Source: Aquirufa sp. (GTDB lineage Bacteria; Bacteroidota; Bacteroidia; Cytophagales; Spirosomataceae). From it: a stretch of 64,000 bases of DNA. How positions within the stretch are numbered: position 1 is the first letter of the stretch; each line of letters starts with the position of its first letter. The stretch is from the NCBI GenBank assembly GCA_040403415.1, contig JBBAKU010000005.1:49398-113397 (forward strand), read 5' to 3'. This document shows, one piece after another, positions 7,684-22,655 of the stretch. The notes beneath the pieces are model-generated. The model was not told where the DNA came from. It ran no database searches and worked only from the letters and a program-made list of their open reading frames with translations. Both the position numbers and the translations under genes were made by a program.

Positions 7684-10600
7684 ATGAAAAAGTCGATCCT
7701 TGCTTGCTTGCTCTATGTGCTTTCTTTTGTGGCACAAGCGCAGTTCTCCCTACAAAATTTACAAGTTGAATACCAAAAGGCTCCGCTCGGACTTGATGAG
7801 GCACATCCACGCTTTTCATGGCAGATGAATTCGACTGTTCGCAATGCAAAACAAAGCGCCTATCGAATCGTCGTACAGACAGAATCTGGCCAGATTGTTT
7901 GGGATTCCAAAAAGCAAAACACAGACATTTCCATAGGCATTCCATATAACGGTGAAGCCTTACAAGCGAAAACGGGGTACCGCTGGACGCTGGAGGTTTG
8001 GGATTCCGCCAAAAAGAAATCGACACAGAATTCCCATTTCGAAACGAGCCTGATGAATCCAAGTATCGATGCCTGGAAAGGAGCGGAATGGATCGGATCC
8101 AATGACTTGAATTTCTACACGCATTACCTATCTGTTTATAAGTTTCAATACGGAGTTCAAATCGATCAAGGCACGAAAGCAAGCTTTGTTTTTGGGGCAA
8201 ATGACCCGCGACTGCAGAACCGCAATCTGAATATTCAAGACGTGTCTAGCGGCATAAACCAATCTTATGTACGTCTTGAATTAGACCTCTCTGGTCTAGC
8301 TACATCCGATTCAGGCCAAGCTAACTTCCATATTTACCGGGTAGGTTACGACAAAAAAGACCGGGCAGATCAGGCCTTTAAAAGCTTTAAAATTCCATTA
8401 GCTGTCATCCATGCTGGAAATAAATCTCAGAAACATACGGTGTTTGCCGAATGCAATTTTGGCGTATTTGATTTCTACATTGACGCGGTAGACAAAGCCC
8501 ATAAGATTAATCCCACCCCTATAAATGCGAGTCCTTATGCTGCCACAGGCGTGAACCTGAACCCAATCGGGGCTGGAAATAATTTCATTAGTTTTCCGAT
8601 GCTTTCGGAAATCGGGTTTGCCACAGAGGCGGGAGAATCCGCCCGTTTCTCGGAGGTGATCATTCGCAATTTTAGACTGCCTAGCAATCCCTTATTTGAA
8701 GCTTCTCAGAATCCTGGATTATGGAAAGATTTACCTTTTGATGGAAAGACATTTAGCGTTTCTGGAAAATTTAGCGTAGCTAATCCAAGCCGACACGCGG
8801 CGCCGATGTTGCGCACAGAATTTGTAGCGACTACAGGAAAAACAATCAAAAGTGCCCGAATTTATGCCACGGCGCGTGGAATATATGAGCTGTATTTAAA
8901 TGGGAAACGGGTAGGAGACGAGTTCTTTAATCCGGGATTAACTCAATATAATAAAACGCATACCTACCAGGTTTTTGATGTGACATCGCTATTAAACATA
9001 GGTAAAAATGCCTGGGGAGCCTGGTTAAGTGAAGGCTGGTGGAGCGGTAATATTACGTACAGTGGTGATAGTTGGAACTATTTTGGTGATCGTCAATCAC
9101 TGCTAGCTACCTTAGAAATTCGCTATACAGATGGAACTGAGCAGGTTATTCAGACAAATCCGAACACTTGGAAATCGTTCACGGATGGACCCATCCGCGT
9201 GGGAAGTTTCTTCCAAGGTGAAGTGTATGATGCCCGAAAAAATGCAGCGATCGAAGGCTGGTCAGTGACAAATTTCAATGATAAAAACTGGAAGCCGGCT
9301 GCAAAAATCGGCTTAGAGGGAACGAGTTTCGCCCTAGATTACCAAGGGATGAAATTAGTGAATCACTTGGATGATCGCGTAACGGTGCAGCAAGTACTGC
9401 AAGCGAAGTCCATCGCCGAACCTAGAAAAGGCGTCTTTATCTATGATATGGGCCAAAATATGGTCGGATTTCCTAAGATTTTCATCAAAAACGGAAAGCC
9501 GGGACAGGTCATCACGATGCGTTTTGCCGAAGTTTTATACCCCGATTTAGCGGAATATGCCGGCCAAAAAGGAATGATTATGCTCGAGAATATCCGAGCA
9601 GCCTTAGCACAAGATATCCACATTTTGAAAGGTGGAGACGAATACATTCAACCGCGCTTCACTTTCCACGGCTACCGTTACCTGGAAATAACAGGAGTCG
9701 AACAAGCGCCTGAATTGCCGCAGGTAGCCGGAATCGTTCTATCCTCTATTAAAAATATCAGTTCTTCCTACGAGACATCTAACCCCATGGTCAACAAATT
9801 GTGGTCTAACATTACCTGGTCGATGCGCTCGAATTTCTTATCTATTCCCACCGATACGCCTGCGCGTAATGAACGCATGGGCTGGAGCGGTGACATCAAT
9901 GTGTTCTCTAAAACAGCCACGATGATGGCCCCTGTGAATAACTTCATGCGCCGCCACTTACTAGGCATGCGGGATGTGCAGCGTGCCGACGGCCGATTCA
10001 CTGATGTGGCGCCGATGGGCGGAGGTTTTGGCGGAACCTTGTGGGGTAGCGCGGGTATCGTGATTCCCTGGGAAACCTATTTACAATATGGCGACAAGGC
10101 GATGCTGACGGAGCATTATCCGGCGATGAAACGCTATATGACTTTCCTTGATTCGAAAGTCAAAGATGGCATATTAAACGAAGGGCCATTAGGTGATTGG
10201 CTCAGTCCGGAGGGCAATAAAAACGACAACACGCTATTCTGGATGGCCTACCAGGCAGCAGATTTAGCGATCGTTTCGAAAGCTGCCCGTGTTTTAGGAT
10301 TAACCATAGAGGCGGATCAGTATTTAGCCCAAAGCGAAGCCAAAAAAATCGCCTTCAACGAAATTTACGTAGACAAAATCACCTTTAAAACCATCAAATC
10401 TGGCGTAAAAACCGGCTTTATGGGACCGCCAAATGCGAATGCTGCACCGGAAGCGTCGGATAAAGGTCAATTAATGGACACGCAGGCGTCTTATGCGATT
10501 CCTTTGGCATTAAACGTCTTCAACGCAACTAATGCCCCTCACGCGCTGGCACATTTAGTCGAAACCATCACCCGTTCGAATAAAGACGATCAAGGCGAAG

Positions 10601-11190
10601 CCCGTCCACCCTATTCCTTGATGACGGGATTCATCGGGACTGCCTCTATTTCTGAAGCCCTTTCAGCAAATGGAAAACACGACATCGCCTACGGTCTATT
10701 GACCACAAAAACTTACCCCTCTTGGTTGTATTCGGTGGCGAATGGAGCGACCAGTATTTGGGAAAGACTGAACTCCTACACGATCGAAAACGGATTCGGG
10801 GGGAACAACAGCATGAACTCCTTTAACCACTATTCCTTCGGTGCCGTGGCAGCTTGGATGTACACGCATTCGTTAGGGATTCAACGCGATCCAGAAAGTC
10901 CAGGTTATCAACATTTCATATTGCAGCCTACACCTGATCTTTCTGGTAAGATTACGTATGCCAAAGGGAATGTAGAAACCATGTACGGTAACATCAAAAG
11001 CGAGTGGTCGAAGCAAGGAAATAAAACGACTTATCGTTTCACTATTCCGGCGAATACTTCCGCTCAAATTAAGTTAATGGGTCAGAAAATAGTGAAGGGA
11101 TTACCTCCGGTAAAAACAAAAACCAGCGCGGATCGAATCGAATTCGAGCTCGGCGCTGGCCTTTATGAACTAGTGGTGGAAGTAGATTAG
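7684..11190 (+). CDS. Alpha-L-rhamnosidase, GH78, secreted
   Basis: PRFSW, TARGIYE, DMGQNMVG, PRFTFHGYRY, PTDTPARNERMGWSGD, GATSIWERLN, SMNSFNHY. Confidence 0.93.
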   Translation: MKKSILACLLYVLSFVAQAQFSLQNLQVEYQKAPLGLDEAHPRFSWQMNSTVRNAKQSAYRIVVQTESGQIVWDSKKQNTDISIGIPYNGEALQAKTGYRWTLEVWDSAKKKSTQNSHFETSLMNPSIDAWKGAEWIGSNDLNFYTHYLSVYKFQYGVQIDQGTKASFVFGANDPRLQNRNLNIQDVSSGINQSYVRLELDLSGLATSDSGQANFHIYRVGYDKKDRADQAFKSFKIPLAVIHAGNKSQKHTVFAECNFGVFDFYIDAVDKAHKINPTPINASPYAATGVNLNPIGAGNNFISFPMLSEIGFATEAGESARFSEVIIRNFRLPSNPLFEASQNPGLWKDLPFDGKTFSVSGKFSVANPSRHAAPMLRTEFVATTGKTIKSARIYATARGIYELYLNGKRVGDEFFNPGLTQYNKTHTYQVFDVTSLLNIGKNAWGAWLSEGWWSGNITYSGDSWNYFGDRQSLLATLEIRYTDGTEQVIQTNPNTWKSFTDGPIRVGSFFQGEVYDARKNAAIEGWSVTNFNDKNWKPAAKIGLEGTSFALDYQGMKLVNHLDDRVTVQQVLQAKSIAEPRKGVFIYDMGQNMVGFPKIFIKNGKPGQVITMRFAEVLYPDLAEYAGQKGMIMLENIRAALAQDIHILKGGDEYIQPRFTFHGYRYLEITGVEQAPELPQVAGIVLSSIKNISSSYETSNPMVNKLWSNITWSMRSNFLSIPTDTPARNERMGWSGDINVFSKTATMMAPVNNFMRRHLLGMRDVQRADGRFTDVAPMGGGFGGTLWGSAGIVIPWETYLQYGDKAMLTEHYPAMKRYMTFLDSKVKDGILNEGPLGDWLSPEGNKNDNTLFWMAYQAADLAIVSKAARVLGLTIEADQYLAQSEAKKIAFNEIYVDKITFKTIKSGVKTGFMGPPNANAAPEASDKGQLMDTQASYAIPLALNVFNATNAPHALAHLVETITRSNKDDQGEARPPYSLMTGFIGTASISEALSANGKHDIAYGLLTTKTYPSWLYSVANGATSIWERLNSYTIENGFGGNNSMNSFNHYSFGAVAAWMYTHSLGIQRDPESPGYQHFILQPTPDLSGKITYAKGNVETMYGNIKSEWSKQGNKTTYRFTIPANTSAQIKLMGQKIVKGLPPVKTKTSADRIEFELGAGLYELVVEVD

Positions 11191-12830
11191 CCTAGTGCTT
11201 TTCTGCCCACAGCATCGGGGTTATTAACTAATTGACACGTATCATCGAGGATCATGGTTTCCCCATTTTCCTTCGTGTATGGCTTCCAAGCAGGTAATCC
11301 TCCTCCATTCGGGTTACCAGTTTTGATGAAACTCAAGAAAGATTTTGCCATCTTCGAAGACAAGGCTCTCGGTCTTTTACCACCTCCCGTATGGGTTAAC
11401 ATCAGGTCAGTATTGTAGAACCAAAAACAAATATCATCGCAGTGAAATGCACGCATACGTCCGTCAAAAAGCGGTGGTTGCCATCCGAACCAAGACATAT
11501 ACACTGGCGCCTTACGTTGCGACACTTTCGCATCTGCAGCAGCAATGGCTCCTTTTCTATTTGATAGGATCATCGCCCACACTTCGACCGGTTTTGCTTT
11601 AGGGAAGTTTTGGCTATATGCCTCTACTATTTTACCAGCATCCGCTCCGAAGCGGGGCTTAATTTTTTCTACTACTCCCGCTAAAGTAATCTCTTCTAAA
11701 CTCGCATCCGTGCGGCTAGGGCTGGACTCATGGAAGGTCGTATTAATGATCAATGGAATGTCCGCTGAGAAATGATTCGGATCAGAGAAAAACGGTTGAT
11801 CATTCATCGTCACCCCATCCGCTACCGGTGAAAATCCGCCGCGCGAGATGTTCATTTTCTTCGCTTCTTCAGCGAATTTTTCTACCGCACGCGTAGTAAT
11901 ATCAATGTATTCTCTCCACGGAATTTGTTGTAATTTCTCAATTTCACCTGGCTTAAAACCCGCTTCCTCCATCACCTTCAAGCCTAGCTTTTCTGCATAC
12001 TCCTTGTTCACCCCTGTTAAAGAGGTTCCACTCAAGGCCACTGCTTTATGAAACAAGCCTTTTGCCGCTGGCATATTCATTAGGCAGGTTGCTTTTGCTC
12101 CACCTCCAGATTGACCTATAATGGTCACATTATTAGGGTCTCCACCAAAGTTCGCAATGTTATTTTTCACCCATTCAAGCGCTGCCACCATATCTAAGTT
12201 GCCCACATTTCCTGAGTGCGGATGACCGCCCGCTGCCTTTAAATGCGAATATCCGAAGGGTCCTAGACGGTGATTAATCGAACAGAAAACAATGTTGCCT
12301 AAACGGCTCAAATTCTCGCCATGGTAACCATCTTGCTCAATCGCATTCCCATTCGTAAATCCTCCACCATGCAACCAAACGACCACCGGACGCTTTCCTG
12401 AATCAATCGCAGGAGTCCATACATTTAACTTCAAACAATCTTCCGAAACATCATCGTAATTCCAGTGATCCACAAAAGAGGCATAGGCATTTGAATAACG
12501 CTTCTCCATGATTTGAGGAGCCGTATTCCCCCACCAAACACAAGGCTTGATTTCCTTCCACGCAGCAGGTTTAACTGGCGGCATGAATCGGTTTTTACCA
12601 GACGTATCAGCCCCATAAGGAATGCCTAAAAATTGATTGATGCCACGTAACACAAAGCCTCGCACTTTGCCATACTCTGTATTGGCCACCGCGATGTTAT
12701 CGCCAACAAATAAAATTTGATCATCCGTTGATCCCGCCGCAGGGGACGCGTTCAAAGGACTTGAGCCCACACTGAGTGTGGCAGCTCCTAATCCAAGGGA
12801 TTGGATAAAATTTCTACGATTTGATTTCAT
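11187..12830 (-). CDS. Carboxylesterase type B with Tat signal
   Basis: NRRNFI leader; SEDCLKLNVW, HGGGF, nucleophile GQSGG, FHCDD. Confidence 0.92.
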   Translation of the reverse strand: MKSNRRNFIQSLGLGAATLSVGSSPLNASPAAGSTDDQILFVGDNIAVANTEYGKVRGFVLRGINQFLGIPYGADTSGKNRFMPPVKPAAWKEIKPCVWWGNTAPQIMEKRYSNAYASFVDHWNYDDVSEDCLKLNVWTPAIDSGKRPVVVWLHGGGFTNGNAIEQDGYHGENLSRLGNIVFCSINHRLGPFGYSHLKAAGGHPHSGNVGNLDMVAALEWVKNNIANFGGDPNNVTIIGQSGGGAKATCLMNMPAAKGLFHKAVALSGTSLTGVNKEYAEKLGLKVMEEAGFKPGEIEKLQQIPWREYIDITTRAVEKFAEEAKKMNISRGGFSPVADGVTMNDQPFFSDPNHFSADIPLIINTTFHESSPSRTDASLEEITLAGVVEKIKPRFGADAGKIVEAYSQNFPKAKPVEVWAMILSNRKGAIAAADAKVSQRKAPVYMSWFGWQPPLFDGRMRAFHCDDICFWFYNTDLMLTHTGGGKRPRALSSKMAKSFLSFIKTGNPNGGGLPAWKPYTKENGETMILDDTCQLVNNPDAVGRKALG

Positions 12831-12975
12831 ACATTTTATAGGTTTAGATTGACCAAATATACAGATAATGCGATATACATCCTATGCGTGATATTCACAG
12901 AAAACTGTTTGAAAATTATAATCAAAAGCGACAAAAAATGCTCAATTTTGCATTATACTAATCAAGCCTGTTTGA

Positions 12976-13725
12976 ATGATGCATAAAATTGCCTTATTGC
13001 TATTGCTAACCATCTTCGTTGCAAGAGCACAAAAACCCGACAGTACCTACCACATTTCAGGCGCTGCATCAGCTACTAATAATGGTATTTCACTATTACC
13101 GATGTTTACTTTAGGCAAACCGGCATTGATTTTCGATTTATCAGTGGGAAGTAGTCGTTTAGCCTTCGAACCACAGTTTCGATTCTCAATGGAAGGAAAG
13201 CCATGGTCATTCATTTTTTGGTTTAGATACAAAGCCATTAATACGAAGAAATTCAGATTCAATATAGGCGCGCACCCATCGGTGGCTTTTCGAACATCCA
13301 ACTTATTTGATGCACAGGGGAACCCTAAATCAATTTTGGGACATCAACAATATATAGCATCCGAATGGATACCGACCTACCAAGTATCGAAAAATGTCAG
13401 CGTGGGAATGTATTATTTAGTTTCCAAAGGGGTCAGCGATGGGGCGACGAATTGGACGAATTTCTTGACTTTAAATACAACCATATCTAACATTCCCATT
13501 ACCCGAGATGTGTCACTTCGTATTTATCCCCAAATCTATGTATTGAATATGGACGGGAAGCAGGGGTATTATTTCACAGACATGCTGACTTTATCGCATA
13601 AGAAATTACCTTTCACCATTTCCAGCATCATCAACAAACGGTTTAGTTCCGAAATTCCAGGAGATGATTTTGTCTGGAATATTGCCCTGAATTACGCTTT
13701 CAATAAACGCTTGAAACGATATTAA
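12976..13725 (+). CDS. Hypothetical outer-membrane beta-barrel-like protein
   Basis: Signal peptide ending ARA-Q, amphipathic beta strands, LNYAF near the C-terminus. Confidence 0.65.
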   Translation: MMHKIALLLLLTIFVARAQKPDSTYHISGAASATNNGISLLPMFTLGKPALIFDLSVGSSRLAFEPQFRFSMEGKPWSFIFWFRYKAINTKKFRFNIGAHPSVAFRTSNLFDAQGNPKSILGHQQYIASEWIPTYQVSKNVSVGMYYLVSKGVSDGATNWTNFLTLNTTISNIPITRDVSLRIYPQIYVLNMDGKQGYYFTDMLTLSHKKLPFTISSIINKRFSSEIPGDDFVWNIALNYAFNKRLKRY

Positions 13726-13727
13726 AG

Positions 13728-18351
<4,624 letters not shown>

Positions 18352-18475
18352 AGGTTTAGATTTGTCCACAAGGAAAAAAGAATTTCACTGATATACAATA
18401 GGTTAAGCGGAATTATCAGGGCAGGCCATCCTAAATTGCAGAATTCCTTATCTTAGTGCTACGATCTATACCTCT

Positions 18476-20332
18476 ATGAAAAAAATCTTCTTCCTCCTGC
18501 TTAGCTTCGCGGCTTTTTCAGATGTCAAACTCCCATCTTTAGTCAGCAACGGAATGGTGTTGCAACGCGACATGCCAGTGAAAATTTGGGGCTGGGCGAG
18601 TCCGGGCGAGAAAGTAAATGTGACCTTTAAAGGTAAGAAGATCCGGGCTATAGGAGATTCCAAAGGAAACTGGGCTTGCACCTTGCCGGCAACTCCTGCA
18701 GGTGGTCCCTATGAAATTACGATCAACGAAAAGTCAGTGAAAGATGTTCTTTTCGGGGATGTTTGGCTATGCGCTGGACAGTCCAATATGGTCATCAATA
18801 TGGAACGCGTGAAGGAGAAATATCCGGCTGATATTGCCTCCGCGAACAACCCACAAATTCGAAACTTCTTCATTCCCACCGCCATCTCAAAGGTGGATGT
18901 TCGCACCGATTTGCCGGCAAGTACATGGCTTCCCGTGAACCCTGAAAACGTGCTACAAATGGGTGCAGTTTCCTATTTCTTTGCCCGTGATTTGTATGCC
19001 CAATACCACGTACCCATAGGTATTATTAATTCCAGCGTAGGTGGAACGCCCATCGAATCTTGGATCAGCGAGGCGGGATTAAAAGAATTTACAGCCTATG
19101 TAAAAGACACATCACGCCTTTCGCCCCCGTCAGTTATTGCAAAAAAATCCACAGACCGAGGCCTGACCGAAAAATGGGCAAATCCTAGCTATTCGCCCAA
19201 AGGTTGGAAGCGGTTTTCGATCCCTGGTTTTTGGGAAGATCAGGGGTTAAAAGATCTGAACGGCGTGGTTTGGTTCCGAAGAGAAATCGAGATTCCTTCG
19301 TCATTAGCGGGTCTGCCTGCCAAACTTTTTATGGGCCGCATCGTCGATGCAGACCAAGTTTTTGTGAACGGAGAACAAGTAGGGAATATCACCTATCAAT
19401 ATCCGCCCCGCAGATATAAAGTCAAAAATGGCCTACTGAAAGCGGGTAAAAACCTGATCGTCATTCGCGTCACTAACACGGCTGGGAAAGGTGGCTTCGT
19501 GCCGGATAAACAATACGAACTGATCGTAGGCGATCAAACAGTCGATTTGCAAGGGGACTGGAATTACAAGGTAGGCGAAGTTTTCCCTCCAGTAACGGAG
19601 AAGCCCGCTCCCTCTAATTTCACCCCTACCGCTTTCTACAACGCCATGATCGCCCCTTTTACCTCGTATTCCTTAAAGGGATTCGTTTGGTACCAGGGCG
19701 AAACCAATGTGTGGAAACCGGAGGTATATCAACAGCTATTACCGGCTTTAGCCAAAGACTGGCGGGCGCAATTTAAGCAGCCCGACATTCCCTTTTTATA
19801 CGTGCAATTACCCGGCTTCCAAGACCGAACAATGCTCCCTGCAGAAAGTAATATGGCCGTTTTACGGGATGGACAGTTAAAGAGCTTATCCATTCCGCGC
19901 AGTGGGATGGCGGTGACTTTGGATCTAGGCGAGTGGAATGACATTCATCCGTTGACGAAAAAACCGATCGGCGAACGACTCGCTTTAGTCGCGCGCAATA
20001 TAGCTTATGGAGAGAATGTCGTTTCGTCAGGACCTATCTATGAATCCAATCAAATCGAAGGAAACCGCATCCGCATTCGTTTCCGAGAAACGGGAAGTGG
20101 ACTAATCGTTAACAAACAGGACGAAGATGAGCTAATGCAATTTGCCATCGCTGGAAAGGACAAGAAATTCGTGTGGGCGAAGGCGATCATCGAACGTAAT
20201 ACCGTGGTCGTTTGGAGCGATGAAGTAGCGGAACCCCTGTACGTTCGCTATGCCTGGGCGGATAATCCGGAAGGAGCGAATCTACTAAATGCAGAAGGCT
20301 TACCGGCATCGCCTTTTAGAACGGATAATTAA
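18476..20332 (+). CDS. Sialate O-acetylesterase (SASA family)
   Basis: GDVWLCAGQSNM, GGTPIESW, WYQGE, DIHP, RYAW, LPASPFRTD. Confidence 0.92.
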   Translation: MKKIFFLLLSFAAFSDVKLPSLVSNGMVLQRDMPVKIWGWASPGEKVNVTFKGKKIRAIGDSKGNWACTLPATPAGGPYEITINEKSVKDVLFGDVWLCAGQSNMVINMERVKEKYPADIASANNPQIRNFFIPTAISKVDVRTDLPASTWLPVNPENVLQMGAVSYFFARDLYAQYHVPIGIINSSVGGTPIESWISEAGLKEFTAYVKDTSRLSPPSVIAKKSTDRGLTEKWANPSYSPKGWKRFSIPGFWEDQGLKDLNGVVWFRREIEIPSSLAGLPAKLFMGRIVDADQVFVNGEQVGNITYQYPPRRYKVKNGLLKAGKNLIVIRVTNTAGKGGFVPDKQYELIVGDQTVDLQGDWNYKVGEVFPPVTEKPAPSNFTPTAFYNAMIAPFTSYSLKGFVWYQGETNVWKPEVYQQLLPALAKDWRAQFKQPDIPFLYVQLPGFQDRTMLPAESNMAVLRDGQLKSLSIPRSGMAVTLDLGEWNDIHPLTKKPIGERLALVARNIAYGENVVSSGPIYESNQIEGNRIRIRFRETGSGLIVNKQDEDELMQFAIAGKDKKFVWAKAIIERNTVVVWSDEVAEPLYVRYAWADNPEGANLLNAEGLPASPFRTDN

Positions 20333-20355
20333 TTGTATCATTATGCTACAATAAC

Positions 20356-20363
20356 TATCTTTG
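20356..20363 (+). promoter_or_regulatory. Bacteroidota -7 element TATCTTTG
   Basis: TAnnTTTG 22 nt upstream of the GH3 ATG. Confidence 0.6.
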
Positions 20364-20385
20364 GCAAAATTACCCAACTCTCTCT

Positions 20386-22620
20386 ATGAAAAAGATCCTC
20401 GGATTACTCGCGATTTCGACTGTAGCTTTCAGTCAACAGCATTTTATTCAGCAGAAAAATGGCCCTACTCTAGGCTATGATCAGGCCAAAATCATTCAAA
20501 AGGATGGCCTATCATTCAAAGACCTGAATAAAAACGGAAAATTGGATGTGTACGAGGATTGGAGAAAACCGGTAGACGAGCGGGCCAAAGATCTAGCAAA
20601 GCAGTTAAGCGTAGAAGAAATCGCTGGTTTGATGTTATACTCCGGACACCAAGCTGTCCCAGCTAGACCTGATGGCTATTTTGCGGGGACTTATGGCGGC
20701 AAGCCTTTTGATCCAAAGACCATGGATGCCTCAGATTTAACAGATCAACAGAAGAAATTTTTACAAGCCGACAATTTACGTCACGTCTTATTGACGACGG
20801 TTTCGAGCCCAGAGGATGCGGCGAAATGGAACAATAAAATGCAAGCCTTTTGTGAATCAGTGGGCAAAGGAATTCCGGCTAATAACAGCACGGATCCGCG
20901 TCACGGAACTTCCGCGCGTGCAGAATTTAATGCAGCGGCCGGTGGACTTATTTCGATGTGGCCCTCCTCTTTAGGGATGGCGGCGACATTCAAGCCTGCG
21001 CTAATTCAGCAATTCGGACGCATTGCGGCTGCAGAATACCGCGCTCTAGGAATCGCAACAGCTTTATCGCCTCAAGTAGATATCGCAACAGAACCGAGAT
21101 GGGGTCGTTTTGATGGGACTTTTGGGGAAAGTGCTAAATTATCAGCGGCGATGGGCGAAGCGTATTGCAACGGATTCCAAGGTGAAAACTGGGGTGGATT
21201 AAGCGTGAATGCCATGGTCAAACACTGGCCAGGCGGTGGCGCAGGTGAAGCGGGTCGCGACGCGCACTATGCAAACGGGAAGTTTGCAGTTTACCCAGGA
21301 AATAACTTTAACGAACACTTGATTCCGTTTACGGAAGGCGCATTTAAACTAACAGGAAACACGAAGAAGGCAGCGGCCGTAATGCCCTACTACACGATCT
21401 CGTGGAACCAGACAAACGAAAACGTCGCAAACAATTACAACAAATACTTAGTGACGGACCTTTTGCGTAATAAATACGGCTACGATGGCGTCGTTTGCAC
21501 AGACTGGTTAGTGACCGGCGATCACAAGGCGATGGACGTGTTCATCGACGGCAAAGTATGGGGCGTAGAGAACCTGACTATGGCGGAACGTCATTATAAA
21601 GTATTGATGGCGGGAGCCGATCAATTTGGGGGAAATAACGATATGAAACCGATCATCGATGCGTATGCGATGGGAGTGAAAGAGCACGGAGAACCGAAGA
21701 TGCGTGCGCGTATGGAACAATCTGCGGTGCGTTTATTACGCAATATTTTCCAAGTGGGTTTATTCGAAAATCCGTACGTGAATCCGGCAGAAACGAAAGC
21801 GACAGTGGGTAAGCCGGAGTTTATGCAAGCGGGTTTCCAAGCGCAATTGCAATCGATTGTACTCTTGAAAAACAAGGCGAATTTGTTGCCCATTAAAGAG
21901 AAGAAAACGCTCTACATTCCGAAACGTTTCGTGGCAGCGTCCCGTCACTTTTTGGGCTTTCCCATTCCAGCTTCGAATGACTTCCCTATCAACATCGAAT
22001 TGGTACAGAAATACTTTAACGTAACAGACGACGCATCGAAAGCGGACATCGCTTTAGTGTGTATCGAAAATCCGAAAAGTGGTATCGGTTACGATAAAGA
22101 AGATGTGGCCAAAGGCGGTAACGGTTACTTGCCTATCTCACTTCAATACAACGATTACACGGCAAACGATGCGCGTGAGGTAAGTATTGCGGGCGGAGAT
22201 CCTTTGGAAAACTTCACAAATAGAAGCTATAAAGGCAAAACGGTGAAGTCGCGCAACGTGACGGACATCCAATTAATCGAAGAGACCAAAGCGAAAATGA
22301 ACGGCAAACCCGTCATCGTTTCCGTGAACGTTTCGAATCCGATGGTGTTCGCAGAATTTGAAGGAAAAGCAGATGCGATCCTAGCGAGTTTTGGCGTGCA
22401 AGACCAAGCGATCTTAGAAATCTTAGCAGGAAAAGCGGAACCACAAGCCTTGTTGCCGATGCAAATGCCAGCGAATATGAGCATTGTGGAAAAGCAAAAA
22501 GAAGACGTACCATTTGATATGGAATGCCACTTGGACTCGGAGGGACATCGCTATGACTTCGGTTTTGGGATGAACTGGAAAGGGGTGATTCAGGATGGGA
22601 GAGGGAAGCAGTATAGATAG
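20386..22620 (+). CDS. Glycoside hydrolase family 3 (beta-glucosidase/xylosidase)
   Basis: KDLNKNGKLDVYEDWR, EPRWGR, VKHWPG, nucleophile CTDW. Confidence 0.93.
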   Translation: MKKILGLLAISTVAFSQQHFIQQKNGPTLGYDQAKIIQKDGLSFKDLNKNGKLDVYEDWRKPVDERAKDLAKQLSVEEIAGLMLYSGHQAVPARPDGYFAGTYGGKPFDPKTMDASDLTDQQKKFLQADNLRHVLLTTVSSPEDAAKWNNKMQAFCESVGKGIPANNSTDPRHGTSARAEFNAAAGGLISMWPSSLGMAATFKPALIQQFGRIAAAEYRALGIATALSPQVDIATEPRWGRFDGTFGESAKLSAAMGEAYCNGFQGENWGGLSVNAMVKHWPGGGAGEAGRDAHYANGKFAVYPGNNFNEHLIPFTEGAFKLTGNTKKAAAVMPYYTISWNQTNENVANNYNKYLVTDLLRNKYGYDGVVCTDWLVTGDHKAMDVFIDGKVWGVENLTMAERHYKVLMAGADQFGGNNDMKPIIDAYAMGVKEHGEPKMRARMEQSAVRLLRNIFQVGLFENPYVNPAETKATVGKPEFMQAGFQAQLQSIVLLKNKANLLPIKEKKTLYIPKRFVAASRHFLGFPIPASNDFPINIELVQKYFNVTDDASKADIALVCIENPKSGIGYDKEDVAKGGNGYLPISLQYNDYTANDAREVSIAGGDPLENFTNRSYKGKTVKSRNVTDIQLIEETKAKMNGKPVIVSVNVSNPMVFAEFEGKADAILASFGVQDQAILEILAGKAEPQALLPMQMPANMSIVEKQKEDVPFDMECHLDSEGHRYDFGFGMNWKGVIQDGRGKQYR

Positions 22621-22650
22621 TCGCTAGTCACTAGTCGCTAGTCGTCAGTC
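22618..22650. repeat. Heptamer tandem repeat (TAGTCRY) x4-5
   Basis: TAGTCGC TAGTCAC TAGTCGC TAGTCGT CAGTC. Confidence 0.75.
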
Positions 22651-22655
22651 CAGTT

